Part shown: positions 9,862 through 19,339 of the stretch, in pieces
Layout of the letters: every line of letters begins with the position of its first letter
How positions within the stretch are numbered: the stretch's first letter is position 1
Virus record (IMG/VR): IMGVR_UViG_3300035204_001410
Coordinates: 1 to 53,720 of that record
DNA length: 53,720 bases
Strand: one strand, 5' to 3'
Origin: a virus
Taxonomy: Duplodnaviria > Caudoviricetes
Program-made: the position numbers and the translations under genes
Notes under the pieces: model-generated
What the model was told of the DNA's origin: nothing
The model's input: only the letters and a program-made list of their open reading frames with translations
Database searches by the model: none

Positions 9862-11031
9862 TTACGCAGTGAGTAACAAGCCCGCGATAGCGCGTGCATC
9901 GATACAAATACGTCCCTCATCGAGGAATCCGTAGAAGCCAGTCTTCTCAACTCGGCTACCATACATATTGAACTGTTCGTCTGGCAATGCGGTAAACGTA
10001 CCATTTCCTTGATAATCATGTTGACGAGCCACTGGGCGAATAAACGCACCCTTGGAATTATCAACACCAACAAGAAGTTGATGGTTTGCAGCGTTCCAGC
10101 TTGCAGCATTCAATTCAGTATATAGGTTGTCGCCGACAGCGTACGTCGCATTATCTGCGTTAGCAATCGCTAAGTCGTTAAACAATGTGTTATACTTCTT
10201 GCCCTTGCCAAGCTCAACCAACTCGTTGAGGTTAACTCCATAAATGGAAGACATGCCAGCGCTACGATAAATCTCAGAACGGATATCGTCCGGAAGATTT
10301 TGGCCGTATTTGTCTGCTCCTGCAGTATGGGCACCACTTGTGTTGGTTGGGTTATAGGCGAACGCGCGAACCATAGACATAACCTCTGGGCTTACGTATA
10401 AATCCGTAATACCATTGGAATAAGGCGCGACGGGAGTGTGTCCCGAGAACGACTCGTTAAGTCTGGTGTTATGTACCATTAAGGCGTTAAGATCAGCAAG
10501 ACCGAACTTGCCGGCTTCGTCCGTATTAAGTACATGTTTTGTTCCGCCTGTGTCAGCGTCGTTAAGAGCCTTCAGAATAACCGACCAAGCATTTCTTTCC
10601 TGCTTAATCAGAACTTCCTGAGCCATTCTTTCAAGCGCTTTGCTGACCACGTCTAAACGTGCTCTGCGAGCGTAACGTTTGTTGAAGCTTACTGCCGAAT
10701 CCAAGCGATAAGTAGCAATCTTGATTTCTCTCATGCCTTCGACTTGGGAGGTCGGCAGACCACCAGCCATGTGCTGACTCCAAACGGTGACGTGACCCTC
10801 TCCCTCGCCATGATAAAGGTCGAGTGGATAACTTGGGCTATCGTCTTCGTCATATGCAGAGTCTACATAGATCTGACTTGCGGTACCTGCTGTAAGGAGG
10901 ACCTTCTCAATGACAGGGCCGAGAAAAGCAGCAAATGCTTCCGAGGCCTCTCTAGCTACATTCTGATCCCTCGATCCGATAGCTTTGATAAGCTCCACCT
11001 GTTCCGGTGTATTTTTTAATTTTAATTTCAT
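9862..11031 (-). CDS. Major capsid protein
   Basis: 389 aa; follows protease/scaffold and decoration genes; AGGAG SD; strong terminator; capsid-like patterns (DVVSKALERMAQEVLIKQE, ITDLYVSPEV). Confidence 0.8.
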   Translation of the reverse strand: MKLKLKNTPEQVELIKAIGSRDQNVAREASEAFAAFLGPVIEKVLLTAGTASQIYVDSAYDEDDSPSYPLDLYHGEGEGHVTVWSQHMAGGLPTSQVEGMREIKIATYRLDSAVSFNKRYARRARLDVVSKALERMAQEVLIKQERNAWSVILKALNDADTGGTKHVLNTDEAGKFGLADLNALMVHNTRLNESFSGHTPVAPYSNGITDLYVSPEVMSMVRAFAYNPTNTSGAHTAGADKYGQNLPDDIRSEIYRSAGMSSIYGVNLNELVELGKGKKYNTLFNDLAIANADNATYAVGDNLYTELNAASWNAANHQLLVGVDNSKGAFIRPVARQHDYQGNGTFTALPDEQFNMYGSRVEKTGFYGFLDEGRICIDARAIAGLLLTA

Positions 11032-11052
11032 TATATTAATCTCCTATGAGGG

Positions 11053-11691
11053 TTAGAGTTCTAGTTTCATCAAGACGTCTCCGCCAGATACGATTCCCAG
11101 TCCTTTACCGATTTGAACAAGATCAACGCTACCATTGTTTGCACCACTTGTAATGGAACCATTTGCACCTGCGTACAATTTTCCACCAGCGGCTAACCAT
11201 GCTGCGTCCAAAGCAACGGGTGTGTTATCACCCTGATCAGATACGTCAACGCCGTTGACGAGGAAAATTCCTCTTGTTACGACTGGTACTGCTTGCCCAT
11301 CGATAACAGCTTCCAACTCAGAAGCTTTGCGTGGGTTGAATTTTAATTGCTCACCATTTTCGTCGTATGCGGCGACATGGTTAAGCGTGAGGCCCAACGG
11401 AATAAGTGCGCCACCAGCGCTCTTAATCTTAGCTGTAACCCCATAACGTTGTGTAGTTACGTTTGAAAGACCGGCGCTTCCAGCGCCAGCATCCCCGAGC
11501 ATTTCGTGGAGCTCTAATCCCTTGTTCCAACCATTGTCTAAAGCAACAACGTGACCGTGCGACAAACGTCCGGACCAATCGGTTCCGAGCGAAATTGCAC
11601 CATCAGCATTTGTTCCTGTAGCAAGGTTCATTGCAAACAAGTTGATTACGTCTTTCTCGTCATAATCTCTAAATGGTCTTAAACTTGCCAT
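11053..11691 (-). CDS. Probable capsid decoration/cement protein
   Basis: Gly-rich beta protein between scaffold and capsid genes (PLGLTL, AVPVVTRG, IGKGLG). Confidence 0.6.
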   Translation of the reverse strand: MASLRPFRDYDEKDVINLFAMNLATGTNADGAISLGTDWSGRLSHGHVVALDNGWNKGLELHEMLGDAGAGSAGLSNVTTQRYGVTAKIKSAGGALIPLGLTLNHVAAYDENGEQLKFNPRKASELEAVIDGQAVPVVTRGIFLVNGVDVSDQGDNTPVALDAAWLAAGGKLYAGANGSITSGANNGSVDLVQIGKGLGIVSGGDVLMKLEL

Positions 11692-11740
11692 AATAATTTT
11701 TCCTTTTTAATATATATATTTTAGTTGATGTGTTTATAAA

Positions 11741-13240
11741 CTACTTAACAATGTCAAATTGATCAATTGTAAAAGCTTTCTTATACTTTTCAGCTAAAGT
11801 TTGGTCTTCTGCCGATGTAGAATTCGGAATGTCTTCCGAGTCCTCTACTTGAGCCTCTTCTACTACGGTTTCAATCGCCTTAGTATCGGATTGCTCTTCA
11901 ACAGTTTCAGAAGCTTTCGCTTCCTTGGCTTGTTCTTCAGCTGCTTGTTTTTCTTCGGCTTCCTTTTTCGCAAGAACTTCCTTGTTCTTCTCTAAGAGAA
12001 GGACGGAAAGTTTTTTCGAATAAGTTTCGAAATCTTCGTTATTCATGTCCTTAATGTCGGAAGCAATGACTTCACGATCTTCATCGGTCAGTGCATACTC
12101 TTCGTCTAGCGCGGACATGCGTTCATTAAACCTCTGTTGGTTTTCTCTCTCCTGCTTTTCTTGCTCGAGTTCAGCTAAGACTTTTTCAACAGAGGATAAC
12201 TTATCCTTAAGCTCTTCGTGCTCGTTGGAAAGGGCCTCTCCATTTTCCTTTGCTTCCTCTAGCTGTTTTTCATAAGCATCCCGTTCTTCTGAGAACTTTT
12301 CTGACGCTTTCTTGAGTTCGCTTTCAATAAAGTCAGCGACCGCAGAAGCAGATGTCTCCTTCAAAGATTCATCCGTTATGTCTTTAATCGATTCGATTTT
12401 CATGATATTCTCCTTTGGAATTACATTCGTATTCTGATTTTGTGAAATATTATCAATTTCTTCAGCGTTTTTTGCTAAATTATTTTCAATATTTTTTGTT
12501 GTTTTTTCAGTGGATATACCCTTTACATCTGCTGCCGGAGTTTCCGTAAGTCCGATACCGAGAGGAACCACTTTTCCGATGACTTGACGATATGCTTGAG
12601 TATCACTGTCTACATATCCCTCACCACCAAAAGCTTTTAGATGGCTTTGAAGTTCTTCAATCTTTGCTTCATCAGCAATAACTTCGCCATTTTCTATGTT
12701 TTTTTCGTCATTTTTTAGTAAAATGATATTAAAATCTGAAAAGCCTAATTCCCAACTCGCTGATACTTTTAAGTAGTTTTCGTTAGTCGGGTCACTGGAA
12801 TCTTCTATAAGTTCGGCAATTTCATCATTAACAATCTTCCAAATAACCCCGCCCAAGGTGACGTTAAAAGGTCCGGTCATGGCTTTGACCTGCTCGACTG
12901 TTAAAGGCTTATCTGTTCCGAACTCGCTGAACCCAGAGGTTAAAATTGTACCAATAACTCTATTTCTATTATGCTCTATATTAATAGGCTTATTTAAAAA
13001 ATTCTCATGGATAGCAATAGCTGTGTCTGTGTCGATTACGTCACCATTCTTATTTACCCTATTCGCCACAAAAGCATTAAAAGCAACGGGAAGAAGGTCC
13101 ACGTTATACTCCATGTCAATATCAGGAATAAAGTCTCCAATATTTACTAAGCTTGCCAAAGACAGGTACTTATCCCTTTCTTCTGAAATGACCGCTTTAA
13201 TTTGTGAACTAAAACTTGTTTTATATTTGAAATCTTTCAT
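11741..13240 (-). CDS. Prohead protease-scaffold fusion
   Basis: N-terminal NKNGD, PINIEH and SASWE motifs of phage maturation proteases; C-terminal acidic coiled coil; in-frame internal AGGAG+ATG at 12403. Confidence 0.72.
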   Translation of the reverse strand: MKDFKYKTSFSSQIKAVISEERDKYLSLASLVNIGDFIPDIDMEYNVDLLPVAFNAFVANRVNKNGDVIDTDTAIAIHENFLNKPINIEHNRNRVIGTILTSGFSEFGTDKPLTVEQVKAMTGPFNVTLGGVIWKIVNDEIAELIEDSSDPTNENYLKVSASWELGFSDFNIILLKNDEKNIENGEVIADEAKIEELQSHLKAFGGEGYVDSDTQAYRQVIGKVVPLGIGLTETPAADVKGISTEKTTKNIENNLAKNAEEIDNISQNQNTNVIPKENIMKIESIKDITDESLKETSASAVADFIESELKKASEKFSEERDAYEKQLEEAKENGEALSNEHEELKDKLSSVEKVLAELEQEKQERENQQRFNERMSALDEEYALTDEDREVIASDIKDMNNEDFETYSKKLSVLLLEKNKEVLAKKEAEEKQAAEEQAKEAKASETVEEQSDTKAIETVVEEAQVEDSEDIPNSTSAEDQTLAEKYKKAFTIDQFDIVK

Positions 13241-13243
13241 ATT

Positions 13244-13540
13244 TTAACCCTCAAGATAATAAGAGATTGTTACATTGCCTGCGCTACTGTTGACATATAA
13301 ACTTGCGCCTTTAGCAACTTTTATGGGGGAAGAAAGGTTGGAGGAGCCTCCAGCAAGGTAAGCAACGAGAGATCCACCGTTTATAGCGGTTCCCAAAGAT
13401 CCATTATTCTCAGAAACTATATCGCAAATTACTATATGCTTATCAGTAACCCCAGTTACGACTAAGCCATTGCTCTGCCCTCCAACACCACTACTAACGA
13501 GTCCCGCGTTTGGCCTTCCTGTTTCTCTGAAAATATTCAT
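13244..13540 (-). CDS. Hypothetical virion protein (paralog of 16564-17004)
   Basis: Shares R.TGR, GL.VTG...K.I..CDI and V.KG.S.Y.N...ISYY motifs with 16564-17004. Confidence 0.7.
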   Translation of the reverse strand: MNIFRETGRPNAGLVSSGVGGQSNGLVVTGVTDKHIVICDIVSENNGSLGTAINGGSLVAYLAGGSSNLSSPIKVAKGASLYVNSSAGNVTISYYLEG

Positions 13541-13543
13541 AAC

Positions 13544-14242
13544 TTATCCCTTCTTTTCTAATTGGTCTGGAGTTTTATCTAAGACGTCTCCCTCTTTCCA
13601 AGTTTTTCCTGCGTTCGTACATTCATAAGCGACCGTTACTCCTTTGTCACCGTCAATTTTATTAAACTTCTTGACAACTCCCTCACTTTTATAGTGGGTG
13701 CATTTCGGGTTTACGTTTTTAACGTGATCACCTACTTTTAGCGGTCCACTATATTCGCCAGAAACCCTATTATATAAGTCCGAATAATCTTTTGCAGAAG
13801 CTTTGAGGCTTTCGTTATGAGCTGGATGATCCGAAACTGGAGTAACTTGATGATCGACTTCTCTAAGTTCAACTGCGCAATGAGGGATATCCTCCATTGT
13901 CCTAGTAGATTCATGTCTTGTCTTGATTTCTACCGGAGCTTTCTCGGGGTCCCATTGTGGATCCGCAGCAACGACTTCCGCTTCTTTTAGTTCTGGAAGC
14001 ACTGTGCATAAACGATTCTCGCAATCAAAATTAGTGAATTCGTTTTTCGGCTCATTGCCCCAATCATAACCTAGTTCGTTAAGGTAGGCTTTAATTGATT
14101 CTTGGTTAGAAAAGGTCAGCTTAATATATTGCCCTTTTTGATTCTTTGTAAAAAGAGCATATCCCTCAAAGCACGGAAAAGGCTTGTGAAGGATGTCTCG
14201 TTCTTTCATTTCTCTAATTTGTCCTGTGAAGTCGATATTCAT
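13544..14242 (-). CDS. Hypothetical protein with C-terminal SH3/KOW-like segment
   Basis: 232-aa ORF in the operon; LKVGDHVKN...GVVK. Confidence 0.65.
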   Translation of the reverse strand: MNIDFTGQIREMKERDILHKPFPCFEGYALFTKNQKGQYIKLTFSNQESIKAYLNELGYDWGNEPKNEFTNFDCENRLCTVLPELKEAEVVAADPQWDPEKAPVEIKTRHESTRTMEDIPHCAVELREVDHQVTPVSDHPAHNESLKASAKDYSDLYNRVSGEYSGPLKVGDHVKNVNPKCTHYKSEGVVKKFNKIDGDKGVTVAYECTNAGKTWKEGDVLDKTPDQLEKKG

Positions 14243-14245
14243 GGT

Positions 14246-14755
14246 TTACTCCCAATTAAATTGTATGGGTTTATAGGGTTCTAAATATAGTTCATCTATA
14301 TTTTTAAAGTTAAAATGTAATTTATGTTGTTCTATATCCGCTTTAGCGTAATCGATGTCCTCGTCTTGCGGCACCCATGCTTCAGAGATATCTAGAGGTT
14401 TGTTTGAGTTTTGGAGATTTTCTGATTCTAGGATTAGCTCAGAAAGCTCTTCTTTTTCTGCAAGCTTTGCTGAAACGACGCCCATCGTTTTTTGCTCTTT
14501 CATTCTGAGAAACATATTAACTCGAGCTAACCCATTTAAATTTGAATCTTCATCGCAAGTCGCTGCCCCCCGTTTATATACTTCTTTTAGTTGATCAATT
14601 TTGATATTAGCTTTATTTTTTTTATTAAAAGCTTTTTTCTTTTCTTCGAGACATGAAACAAGATCAGCAGAGAAAGCTATCCTCTGCTCTTCCAATTTTT
14701 TTTCGCTCTGTTGAGTCGATTGTTCTTGTATGTTTTCTTCAGTATCCTTTTTCAT
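14246..14755 (-). CDS. Hypothetical protein (LKEVYKRG...LARVNMF motif, DUF5824-like)
   Basis: Motif resembles a family seen in large viruses; start MKKDT preferred over the GTG at 14800. Confidence 0.55.
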   Translation of the reverse strand: MKKDTEENIQEQSTQQSEKKLEEQRIAFSADLVSCLEEKKKAFNKKNKANIKIDQLKEVYKRGAATCDEDSNLNGLARVNMFLRMKEQKTMGVVSAKLAEKEELSELILESENLQNSNKPLDISEAWVPQDEDIDYAKADIEQHKLHFNFKNIDELYLEPYKPIQFNWE

Positions 14756-14843
14756 AAAAGCAAATTTTAACGTGGGCGCTATATGCAATATAATATACAC
14801 TAAATAACCATTGAAGATTATTTAAATTAATAATTAGTTAATT

Positions 14844-15350
14844 TTATTTACTGATAAGGTATATTTCTTTTAATACAGTGTCCTTTCCAAAAAAAGATAA
14901 AATATTTTGATGAACAGGGAAGCAGATCCAATGGTAGTTTAAGGTGCCTTTTTTCTTAATAAGTACTATTGCTGTATCCGTATCTTTATTTAAGTCTTCG
15001 TACTTCTTTACTTTGGAAACCTTAAAACCGTTTTCTTTTAAAACGTATAAAATTTCTTCGGGAAAAGTTATTCTTCTTGCATCGTTTACAAAAACCGCAG
15101 CGAAGTCTCTTATTAGAGTATTACATTGAAAACTTGCTTGAATTATATGACTTAAGTCATGTAAGCTTATTTTGATTCCAAATCTTGCTAATGAGTCCTG
15201 TAAAGCTTCGGGACCGCAACTATATACGTGAAGTACATCTCTATTTTGGCTCCGAAGAGATTTGTAGTAATCGGCCTCCCGAGACTGTTGGAATAGCCCA
15301 CATCCCGTTAAATTAAGCATTAGAACGAAATATAAAAAAAGGCGAATCAT
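14844..15350 (-). CDS. C39-like cysteine peptidase, predicted lipoprotein
   Basis: Hydrophobic signal with lipobox LTGC; SCGPEAL catalytic Cys; YHWI His. Confidence 0.65.
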   Translation of the reverse strand: MIRLFLYFVLMLNLTGCGLFQQSREADYYKSLRSQNRDVLHVYSCGPEALQDSLARFGIKISLHDLSHIIQASFQCNTLIRDFAAVFVNDARRITFPEEILYVLKENGFKVSKVKKYEDLNKDTDTAIVLIKKKGTLNYHWICFPVHQNILSFFGKDTVLKEIYLISK

Positions 15351-15390
15351 TTAAAATGGTTACACCCTTTTTAAAAAAATAAGAAATCAC

Positions 15391-16548
15391 TTACTTATTA
15401 CTGGTAAGTCTTAATTCTTTTATTTTTTCCACTGGTTCTTCAAGCCCCCCAACAACGCTAAATATATTCAAAGTAGGCTTGTCTCCACTATAAACACCTC
15501 CATGGACAGTACTTCCTTGCTTTAACATTCTATTTAACTGATCTAAAGATTGATCTATATAAGATTGAGGAAGGTTATCTAAAACCTCCGTTCCGCCTAT
15601 CATAATAACTCCTGCGGTTGTTCCGGTTGATGGATCTATTCCAGCACAAAGCACGTTACTTTTTAAATTTTCTCTAACGACTCGAGCAATAGCTACGGAA
15701 TCTTTCCAGTTCTTAACCGGAGCAGCGCCAAATACGACTAAGCCAGAATCTAATATTCCTTTGTAATCGTTTTTGTCAAAAGACGAATAGCTGCTATCTT
15801 TTGCGGAAGTCAAATTAAATAAATGAAATAATCCTGCGAAATTTTTATTAGCAACATCCCAAAACTTAGATATAGCTACGTTAGGATATAATTGCGATAC
15901 TTTTTCGTTATCTAATAATATTAGAGGACTAATTTTACGAGCACTAACCAAAGAGTAAGCATTTCTTAAAGCAACCGCTGCGTTTGCAGCAACTTTTGCT
16001 CCTTCAGATTTTTTAGGCAATGTTAAAATCATTCCAACTTTTTTCTCGGTTGTACGTGATAACGCTTGTACTTCTGTCGCTAAATCAACCAAAGGTATTG
16101 CTGACCCAGAGCCAGTGCCACCCCCCGCGCCAGCGCAAATGATTATTCTGTCGAAGGTGTCGCCAAAAGAGTATCTCATAAAATCAATTACGTCTTCCCT
16201 CTTATCGTTTAATAATTTTTTAGCTACTTCGGGATCTTTTCCTGCCCCTCCTTCACCAATACATAGCTTGTTTTTTAAGTCTATCCCATTTAAGTCTTGC
16301 TGAGCTGTGTTTATAGCTGCTACTCTATTGTATCCCATTTTAGAAAAGGTTTCAGCAATTCTAGACCCTCCTTGCCCCACCCCTAGGAAACAGAACTTGA
16401 AAGCGCCATCTATGCTGTCTTCAACGTTAGTTATATTAGCGTACGCTGCTTCTTCTACTTCAGGAACCAAGAGTTCTTCTGGTAATGAAATATCTGAATC
16501 TCCATAAAGAGATTTTATTTGATCATCGTTAATATCGTTATCACTCAT
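15391..16548 (-). CDS. Tubulin/FtsZ-family GTPase (PhuZ/TubZ/CetZ-like)
   Basis: GVGQGGSRIA (T1), AINTA..D, GAGKDP, GAGGGTGSG signature, LDNEK, SFDKND (T7 loop). Confidence 0.93.
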   Translation of the reverse strand: MSDNDINDDQIKSLYGDSDISLPEELLVPEVEEAAYANITNVEDSIDGAFKFCFLGVGQGGSRIAETFSKMGYNRVAAINTAQQDLNGIDLKNKLCIGEGGAGKDPEVAKKLLNDKREDVIDFMRYSFGDTFDRIIICAGAGGGTGSGSAIPLVDLATEVQALSRTTEKKVGMILTLPKKSEGAKVAANAAVALRNAYSLVSARKISPLILLDNEKVSQLYPNVAISKFWDVANKNFAGLFHLFNLTSAKDSSYSSFDKNDYKGILDSGLVVFGAAPVKNWKDSVAIARVVRENLKSNVLCAGIDPSTGTTAGVIMIGGTEVLDNLPQSYIDQSLDQLNRMLKQGSTVHGGVYSGDKPTLNIFSVVGGLEEPVEKIKELRLTSNK

Positions 16549-16563
16549 AATAATTTTTATTTT

Positions 16564-17004
16564 TTACGGCGCATTAGTTGTTGTCGTTGTACCTTGGTGT
16601 CCTGATGACGTGGTAGTAGTCGATGTGGTAGTAGCCGACGACGACGCATTTGCCATGACTCGTCCTTCTATTTCGTAATAAGTCACAGAAATATAAGGTG
16701 CTGTTGTATTTATATACACTGAATCTCCCTTAGAAACTATCATCGGTCTTTTAAAGTTGGTGGTTTCACCACCTCGAACGTACGAAATTAAAGACGCTGA
16801 TGATGGCGAAGCTCCTGCTTCAGTACTTAACTTAAAACTTCCAGTACCTCCTTGTGGGCCCACCAAGATATCACAAAGAGCTATGCTTTTCCCTGCGGTA
16901 CCAGTTACAAGTAACCCCGCATTATTATTTAACTGTAATGCAGTGGGATTCCTACTAATAACTGACCCTGATCGTATCCTTCCTGTATCTCTGTGGTAGT
17001 TCAT
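16564..17004 (-). CDS. Hypothetical virion protein with Ser/Thr-rich tail (paralog of 13244-13540)
   Basis: Motif similarity to 13244-13540; C-terminal SSSATTTSTTTTSS...TTTTT. Confidence 0.7.
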   Translation of the reverse strand: MNYHRDTGRIRSGSVISRNPTALQLNNNAGLLVTGTAGKSIALCDILVGPQGGTGSFKLSTEAGASPSSASLISYVRGGETTNFKRPMIVSKGDSVYINTTAPYISVTYYEIEGRVMANASSSATTTSTTTTSSGHQGTTTTTNAP

Positions 17005-17005
17005 T

Positions 17006-17200
17006 TTAGTCCTCGTTTTTTGGCGTTCCTTTGCAGCAATGGTTATACGCTGCCGAACGTCCTTTACAACTGCAATCGCACTTGTCGTTTTGGTAAAGTC
17101 CTATTTTACATAGCCAACGTTTAATTGCTTTCCACCATTTTCCATGATTTGGATCTTTTTTCTTAAATTTACCTATACCTGAGCTCCATGTGCTACTCAT
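17006..17200 (-). CDS. Small basic Cys-rich hypothetical protein
   Basis: 64 aa, tightly packed between portal and the next gene. Confidence 0.6.
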   Translation of the reverse strand: MSSTWSSGIGKFKKKDPNHGKWWKAIKRWLCKIGLYQNDKCDCSCKGRSAAYNHCCKGTPKNED

Positions 17201-19292
17201 CTTTTTCTTCCTCCTTATCTATTTTACTATGATATAATACACTTCCCATAAACGTATTAACTTGATGCTCTAAACATATACCAGAGATTTCCTCAACAAC
17301 GTCATGGTTTTTGTCTACGGGATTATCGCAATACTCCGCGATAGATTCTTTCCAATCGTTTGGATTTTCGTTAGCGATAATGATTTCCGCTACGCTCGTA
17401 GCCACTTCTTTTTGTGACTTGTTTAATCTTTTTACTTTATGAGCTTTTCTTAGATGTGCTTCTACACTCTTTTCAAGATCTTGAAATAATAACATATTGT
17501 CTTTTATTTTAGTAAAGCTAAAAAATGACTTCGACTCTCTCTGATTTTGTTGAGGTATGCCATCTGTACCTCCGGGTCTACCCGCAGGCTGTTTCACCCC
17601 GGGTTGTTTTGCTGGTTTTTTGATGGATTTAGTTGGTTGTCCTTGTTGAGGTTGAGCTTGTTGGGGTTGTTTGTCAGCAATTTTTTCTGCGTTTTTAAGG
17701 CTTTTGTCCTGCATCCTAAGTTGAAGTTTACCGTCCTTATCTGCAAGCTCTTTCTGGGTGGCAGGACCACCGACTATAGGCTCATATAGCCCTGAATTTT
17801 TATGAGCCTTAAACTGTTTTTGGGACTCAAGAGACTCTTCCGCGCTAGGAAGCCTCCCAGTCTCGATAGCTTGTAAGCCCTCTTCTGGAGTTAATATTCC
17901 TAATTCTACAAGCCTACTGTAAACTTTAGCAAAGTTCGTGCTTTCCCTTAAAGAGATTTCGTCAAAAAATGGCGTAGGGTAATTCTTAAGGTTTACTGAT
18001 TGCGCAATTCTTTTCATTTCTGGAACTAAAAAATCGTTAAGGAATGTCTCTCTAGCCTGTTTAAGTCTTGCTAGGAATATCTCTACCTTCATCGAAAAGC
18101 TACTAGCTTTATCTCCTGAATCAGAGGAGACTCCTGCTCCAGCCCCCGTAATCATACTGTTTAATCCTGCTTGAATGTCTGCATTAATAACATGGTATTT
18201 TTTAGGATCTAATAAATCCCCTATTTGAGGAAGAACGAATTGAGCTTTAGTCGTATAATCAGCGATTAAGACTCGTCCTACTGACTGGTTTTCGAAAAGC
18301 TTTTGTAGCTCTACTAGATTTTTTTGATTCACTCCGCCTTTGTCTGGGTCTGTACCCGTAGTAACGAGCAACACAGCCTGTTGCATTGTTCTCGCTATTG
18401 CCATATCCATTCGTTTTAATTCGGACTTAAAGTTTATATCTTCAAGTACGGGATACCCCATGGGTACAGCGAATGGCTCGTAATCCATTTTTTTGTAGAA
18501 TAAAGCATAAATTTTATCAGACTCTAAAGGGATGTTGATGCTATTTACGACTGCTCCGGAGTTTAGCAACTTTTTAACTTCAGTCGGAAGATTCTCTCTT
18601 ATCTTTTTATCTTCTTCTGTTTTGGGATTTCTTACTCTTTCCAATTCGTAATCCGTAAGCACTTTTTGATATTTTTTTACGTCTGCAGAAAAACTTAATG
18701 ATCCAGAGAGCTGAATGTCTGCTGGATTTAGGATTACGTATCTATATGGAATTTTTACTTTTTTAGCTCCAAAAGTTTGAGAGATCTTTTTAACATCTGC
18801 CTGTTTTAATGATGCGTCCAATCTATAAAGGAAAACATTTCCAGATCTAAAATACTCTCTAAAAAATTGCCCCTGCAAATCCCAGATATTTATTTTCTTT
18901 AAAAGAGCTTGAAAAAACTTCTTTGATTTTTGACTCCCTCCCTGAAGGTAAATATCCGCTACAGAAAACTCAGTCATTAAATCTATTGCATTTCTAAAGA
19001 CTGAAAAATTATAATAAGCTTTTTGACATAAGATCACCGCATCCCTGACGGATAATCCACCTTTATTATCAGAAACCCTGAAGGGAACCAACCCCTTGTC
19101 TATGTTGCCAAATTTATCAGTTCTTTCAATATTTCCTGCTACGTTCCTCCTAGAAGAAGTTCTTCCCGAGGAGGAGGCGTTACTATCGTAGTTTTGTGAA
19201 GAAGCTTCGGAAACCATAATTGGAACCGTATCTTCGGCCTTGTTTTCCTTGGTTTTCTTCGTTTTCGGTTTTGTCTTTTTCGGAACGCTCAT
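17193..19292 (-). CDS. Portal protein
   Basis: 699 aa directly after TerL; AYYNFSVFRNAIDLMTEF, EYFRSGNVF, KKMDYEPFAVP portal-like motifs. Confidence 0.78.
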   Translation of the reverse strand: MSVPKKTKPKTKKTKENKAEDTVPIMVSEASSQNYDSNASSSGRTSSRRNVAGNIERTDKFGNIDKGLVPFRVSDNKGGLSVRDAVILCQKAYYNFSVFRNAIDLMTEFSVADIYLQGGSQKSKKFFQALLKKINIWDLQGQFFREYFRSGNVFLYRLDASLKQADVKKISQTFGAKKVKIPYRYVILNPADIQLSGSLSFSADVKKYQKVLTDYELERVRNPKTEEDKKIRENLPTEVKKLLNSGAVVNSINIPLESDKIYALFYKKMDYEPFAVPMGYPVLEDINFKSELKRMDMAIARTMQQAVLLVTTGTDPDKGGVNQKNLVELQKLFENQSVGRVLIADYTTKAQFVLPQIGDLLDPKKYHVINADIQAGLNSMITGAGAGVSSDSGDKASSFSMKVEIFLARLKQARETFLNDFLVPEMKRIAQSVNLKNYPTPFFDEISLRESTNFAKVYSRLVELGILTPEEGLQAIETGRLPSAEESLESQKQFKAHKNSGLYEPIVGGPATQKELADKDGKLQLRMQDKSLKNAEKIADKQPQQAQPQQGQPTKSIKKPAKQPGVKQPAGRPGGTDGIPQQNQRESKSFFSFTKIKDNMLLFQDLEKSVEAHLRKAHKVKRLNKSQKEVATSVAEIIIANENPNDWKESIAEYCDNPVDKNHDVVEEISGICLEHQVNTFMGSVLYHSKIDKEEEKDE

Positions 19293-19339
19293 TTTGGGTT
19301 ATTTTGAGTTATTTTGATTAATAAAATGTTATTCTTGTA

